From the IMG/VR virus record IMGVR_UViG_3300023172_000011, positions 32,001 through 96,000 of that record: 64,000 bases of DNA. The stretch is one strand, 5' to 3'. The translations under genes and the position numbers were made by a program. The stretch's first letter is position 1; each line of letters opens with the position of its first letter. The notes under the pieces were generated by a model. That model was not told the DNA's origin. It ran no database searches and was given only the letters and a program-made list of their open reading frames with translations. Origin of the DNA: a virus. This document shows positions 60,109 to 64,000 of the stretch, in pieces.

Positions 60109-60600
60109 TTATCCTAGCATAAATTGTGAATTTAATTCCCTTGCAATAATATTTACATCTACTGAGGCACCATAAGCGTCATACTCATAATGGAGTGTAT
60201 CTGGATCAACGTCGCCGCCAGATGCCGTATCAATGATATATTTTACCGTTACGGTGGCAGAACTTGCAGAAGATGAAGATATTGCTGTAATATCATATCT
60301 ATACCATTGCTTAGCACCTCCAGTAGAGTTGTCAATATCATCACCAATAATTAATTTATCGCCAATTTGAATTTTTGTAAGACCATCGGATGTGGCATTA
60401 TCATAGACTAAAGTAACTGTATAAGTTGGACCAAATCCAGTAGAACTGCTAATATCCAAATTATATTCCGGCATAGCATCTGGATCGCCACTACCTCGCA
60501 ATACATCAAATATTTGATAGTTATGAAAACCTAATGCTCTTACTTCAGCATCCGTCATATACGACAATGGAGGTCTATGTGTATATGTTTGTTCCGGCAT
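60109..60600 (-). CDS. Hypothetical protein, possibly virion-associated
   Basis: 163 aa, acidic and beta-rich. Confidence 0.6.
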   Translation of the reverse strand: MPEQTYTHRPPLSYMTDAEVRALGFHNYQIFDVLRGSGDPDAMPEYNLDISSSTGFGPTYTVTLVYDNATSDGLTKIQIGDKLIIGDDIDNSTGGAKQWYRYDITAISSSSASSATVTVKYIIDTASGGDVDPDTLHYEYDAYGASVDVNIIARELNSQFMLG

Positions 60601-60609
60601 AATTTAATC

Positions 60610-60909
60610 CTAAACTTGTGGATCTGTAATATTTACACTTGTATCAAGAGAATTAGCAGCCTGCTCTTTAGCAAGTCTCACCTCATAAGCGGAAACATTA
60701 TCTGATAAAAACTTTCTAACCATTCGATTAGCAAATACTGATTTAGATTCAGGATTTTCAATTAGTTCTGGATTTGATACTGGATCAGTAGGTAGAGATG
60801 AATTGAAATCCGGATTCTCTACTTGATCTGGTCTGCCATAATTAGCTGCCACTGCATCCAAAACTCTTGTAATATCTTGATCTGCTATTTCTATTGAAAA
60901 CTGTGCCAT
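60610..60909 (-). CDS. Hypothetical protein, possible fibre-associated chaperone
   Basis: 99 aa directly after the tail fibre gene; NPD...NPE motifs. Confidence 0.55.
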   Translation of the reverse strand: MAQFSIEIADQDITRVLDAVAANYGRPDQVENPDFNSSLPTDPVSNPELIENPESKSVFANRMVRKFLSDNVSAYEVRLAKEQAANSLDTSVNITDPQV

Positions 60910-60926
60910 AATATAACCCTTTTAAA

Positions 60927-63900
60927 TTATAGATTGTATCCTATTACAAAACCGTCATAATTTCCGGCTGAAGTACAAATAAATCCAAATACATCTGTTT
61001 TACCGCCAGTTGTAGTTAATGTTGGTACTAAGCCTCCCGGCCACTTAATCGTACTGAACCAAGTTACTGTACGAGTGCCAGTCCCATCTTGAACTAACCT
61101 AATTACAAATCTTTGACCAACATCAGCATTAGATAGTGCTAAAGTCCTATTACCTCCAAGTGTAACTGTATGAGTATCAGCTTCATCAAGATCAAATGTA
61201 ACTGTTGCTCCATCTGATTCGGTATTTAAAGCACCTTTAGCCGCCTTATTAAAATGCCAAGTTCTATCAGTTGTTACATCCGTTCCATTATCCGGGGCAT
61301 AAAGAACATGATTGCCAGCCGCATAATCGTAAATAGCAAATCTTGACTGGTTCGCTTGAAGCCCAACCCTCCATTTTGTCACACTTGCTGTTCTTAAAGC
61401 TAAATCCGCCCAATCGGTTGTTCCGCCGCGATCAAGTTCCACATAGGCTTGACCATCACTATCAATTTCTACGCCAGCCCAGCCGTTTGTACCGGGAGTG
61501 ACTGTTTTAGCTGTTATTTTTACGTTATCGCCAGCACCCTTTTGTAGTAGAAAATTACTCGTATCTGTAGTTGGATAGACTTTAGCTACAACCGTATCAG
61601 AACTATCAGTAGCTTCAAAAAAGCTCGCAGATTGTGAAGCTGCACCTTTAGCGGTTAAAGCTACATTTGTAGATAGACTTGCTTCACATTGAGCGTCTAA
61701 AATCTGATTTCCATTTAGATCTAAGTCACCTCCAAGCTGAGGGGTTGTGTCTTCAACTATATTAGAAAGATACCCAGCGGTAGAATGATCGCCCCATCCA
61801 TAAGCAGTGTTCCAGTTTGTAGAATTGTCAGTAAGAATGCTATATGTTCCAGCACTAGCACCTCTTAACATAATACCCTGAGAGCCAAAGTCTCCATCTA
61901 CAACAACGTCAGCATGGGATGTCTCCGAAGTTAAGTATCCAGCACTAGCATGATCGCCCCAGCCATAAGCAGTATCCCACTGACCAACCTTTGCATCGGT
62001 TATGGTATAGGTTCCCATATCAATAATATTGCCATTTGCATCAAGTGTTCCACCAAGCTGCGGAGTTGTATCTTCCACAACATTAGAAATGCCGCCCCCT
62101 CCAGCACCGCTTTCCCACGGAACATTAACTACCAATTGATCACTAGCATTTCTTTGTATGGAATAGGTTCTATTTGCTGTAGTCGTAACACTTTCTGCCG
62201 CAGTTGTTTGAGTTGTGCCATCTACAAGATTAATATCAAAAGTTGTGCCATTTAAAGTTATGCCGGTTCCAGCGGTATAGGTAGTATCAGTTACAGTCTC
62301 TGTCGCTGTCGCAATTCCAGTAACGTGACCATTACTATCAAGCAAAATGTCTTGAATATAGGTTCTACCACTATTGTCTGAAGAAGAGGCGGCAGAAATG
62401 GTTGGGTGTGCTGTAAGGTATCCAGCGTCGTTAACTGCCTTTGGCGTTAAGGCTTTATCTTGATCACTATTAATTGTATTAGTGAGAATTGTGATTCCAC
62501 TGCCAGATGTAGTGGCGGTTAAAGCCTCAAAAACTGTACCATTTAACTGTAAACCACTACCGGCAGTATAGGTAGTATCAGTATCTGTTACAGTTTCCGT
62601 CGCTGTTGCAATTCCAGTAACGTGACCATTACTATCAAGCAAGATATCTTGAATATAGGTTCTTCCAGAATTATCGCTACTGCTTGCAGCAGAGATAGAT
62701 GGATGTGCAATTAAATATCCAGCATCATTATTCAATAAAGAGACATTATCGCCAGATTGTATTACCGTATTGTCAATATTGAATTCTGTACCAACAAGAG
62801 TTAATCCCGTACCAGCGGTGTAGGTAGTATCTGTATCAACGACAGTTTCTGTCGCGGTTGCGATTCCTGTTACGTGACCATTAGAATCTAAAAGAATATC
62901 CTGAATATAAGTTCTTCCAGAGTTGTCGCTGCTTGAAGCTGCGGAAATGCTTGGATGTGCTGTAAGATATCCAGCATCATTAACTGCTTTAGGCGTTAGA
63001 GCTTTATCTTCATCACCATTTATAGTATTAGTTAATGTAGTTATACCAGAACTGGAAGTAGTTGCCGTTAAAGCATTAAGTGTGACATCTCCAGTAGTTC
63101 CACCACCAGATAAACCACTTCCAGCATATACAGCAGTAATATCTCCACCACCACCACCACCACCACCACCTCCAGTACCACTTTCCCAAGGAACATTGAC
63201 AACTAGGTTATCACTACCATCTACTTGAATAGCATAAGTTCTATTGGCAGTAGATGTAACACTTTCAGCAGCAGTTGTTTGCACTGTTGCATTAACGTTG
63301 GCGTCAAATGTTGTACCATTTAATGTCAAGCCAGTTCCAGCCGTATATGTGGTATCAGTATCTGTTACAGTTTCTGTAGCCGTTGTTATTCCAGTAACGT
63401 GACCATTACTGTCAAGCAAGATGTCTTGGATGTAAGTACGTCCAGAATTATCGCTACTGCTTGCGGCAGAGATAGATGGATGTGCTGTTAAATAGCTTTG
63501 CAAGTCTACAATCTGTGATTCAGTAATTCTTATTGCACCAGAATGTTGAACAACTGATGATTCAGTAATGTTAGCGTCTGGTACATCTGCCCATGTTACA
63601 TTTGCCGTTAAATCGTTAAGCTCTGTATTAATATATCCAGAATCATTAACTAATAAACTAATATTATCGCCTGATTGCACCACAGTATCGTCAATGTTAA
63701 ATTCTGTACCAACAAGAGTTAGTCCAGTTCCTGCGGTATATGTTGTATCTGTATCAACAACTGTTTCTGTAGCAGTAGAAATGCCGGTAATATGACCATT
63801 GCTGTCAAGTAAAATGTCTTGGATATAGGTTCTACCACTATTGTCTGAAGAAGAAGCGGCAGAAATGGCTGGGTGTGCTGTAAGGTATCCAGCGTCGTTA

Positions 63901-63998
63901 ACTGCCTTTGGTGTTAGTGCTTTAGTTTCTGTAGAATCAATAGTATTAGTTAGTGTTGTTATGCCGGAACTCGAAGTAGTTGCTGTCAGGGCGTTGAA
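60927..63998 (-). CDS. Tail fibre protein, 5'-truncated
   Basis: Frame open to the window edge. Repeated shaft units, VEDTTPQLGG.LD.NG twice, W.TAYGWGDH..AGYL twice, and a C-terminal QDGTG.RTVTW...KWPGG..PTLT domain. Confidence 0.85.
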   Translation of the reverse strand, partial: FNALTATTSSSGITTLTNTIDSTETKALTPKAVNDAGYLTAHPAISAASSSDNSGRTYIQDILLDSNGHITGISTATETVVDTDTTYTAGTGLTLVGTEFNIDDTVVQSGDNISLLVNDSGYINTELNDLTANVTWADVPDANITESSVVQHSGAIRITESQIVDLQSYLTAHPSISAASSSDNSGRTYIQDILLDSNGHVTGITTATETVTDTDTTYTAGTGLTLNGTTFDANVNATVQTTAAESVTSTANRTYAIQVDGSDNLVVNVPWESGTGGGGGGGGGGDITAVYAGSGLSGGGTTGDVTLNALTATTSSSGITTLTNTINGDEDKALTPKAVNDAGYLTAHPSISAASSSDNSGRTYIQDILLDSNGHVTGIATATETVVDTDTTYTAGTGLTLVGTEFNIDNTVIQSGDNVSLLNNDAGYLIAHPSISAASSSDNSGRTYIQDILLDSNGHVTGIATATETVTDTDTTYTAGSGLQLNGTVFEALTATTSGSGITILTNTINSDQDKALTPKAVNDAGYLTAHPTISAASSSDNSGRTYIQDILLDSNGHVTGIATATETVTDTTYTAGTGITLNGTTFDINLVDGTTQTTAAESVTTTANRTYSIQRNASDQLVVNVPWESGAGGGGISNVVEDTTPQLGGTLDANGNIIDMGTYTITDAKVGQWDTAYGWGDHASAGYLTSETSHADVVVDGDFGSQGIMLRGASAGTYSILTDNSTNWNTAYGWGDHSTAGYLSNIVEDTTPQLGGDLDLNGNQILDAQCEASLSTNVALTAKGAASQSASFFEATDSSDTVVAKVYPTTDTSNFLLQKGAGDNVKITAKTVTPGTNGWAGVEIDSDGQAYVELDRGGTTDWADLALRTASVTKWRVGLQANQSRFAIYDYAAGNHVLYAPDNGTDVTTDRTWHFNKAAKGALNTESDGATVTFDLDEADTHTVTLGGNRTLALSNADVGQRFVIRLVQDGTGTRTVTWFSTIKWPGGLVPTLTTTGGKTDVFGFICTSAGNYDGFVIGYNL
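62260..63895. repeat. At least five dispersed ~55-aa repeats in the tail fibre
   Basis: YLTAHP.ISAASSSDNSGRTYIQDILLDSNGH.TGI.TATETV...TTYTAG copies at about 62260-62430, 62550-62725, 62805-62980, 63330-63495 and 63725-63895. Confidence 0.9.
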
Positions 63999-64000
63999 AG

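Noticed and set aside
62260-63895. Tail fibre repeats as a DGR template/variable repeat pair or a CRISPR array
   Set aside because: The repeats are in-frame coding units with mostly synonymous, non-adenine-specific differences. There is no reverse transcriptase in the window and no repeat-spacer periodicity.
1-64000. Alternative genetic code (stop-codon reassignment)
   Set aside because: Conserved genes are full length under the standard code, and TAA, TAG and TGA all end genes at tight junctions.
1-64000. tRNA or ncRNA genes
   Set aside because: Intergenic gaps are nearly all too short, and the larger ones hold terminators. I saw no cloverleaf or T-loop signature.

Overview
This window is a gene-dense, AT-rich segment (roughly 35-37% GC by eye) of a large tailed dsDNA phage genome, read with the standard genetic code. 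Two arms converge at about 30.36 kb. The + arm (1-30354) carries a membrane-protein/papain-like protease/exported-thioredoxin block, nucleotide metabolism genes (nrdA, nrdB, MazG-like, phoH), RecA, and a bacterial-style replisome (DnaB, DnaG, dNMP kinase, Cas4/AddB-like nuclease, SSB). Its DnaE is split in two without an intein, with a DnaQ-like exonuclease gene between the halves. A sigma-70-type factor and a glycosyltransferase cluster follow. The - arm (30374-64000) is the virion module: tail fibre, a PRT-HAD/sulfotransferase/cytidylyltransferase glycan cassette, neck and tail-completion genes, tail tube, tape measure and large tail-tip proteins, including a 2007-aa Cys-rich protein. The best leads are: (1) a possible protease-plus-disulfide-reductase lysis cassette with no recognisable muramidase; (2) the intein-free three-gene Pol III core; (3) a tape measure protein with apparent cargo domains, including a J-domain-like HPD motif; (4) a ribofuranosyl-transferase-like glycan cassette; (5) apparent avoidance of CCWGG. 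I saw no tRNA, rRNA or CRISPR array. All family calls come from motif recognition by eye; no database searches were run.
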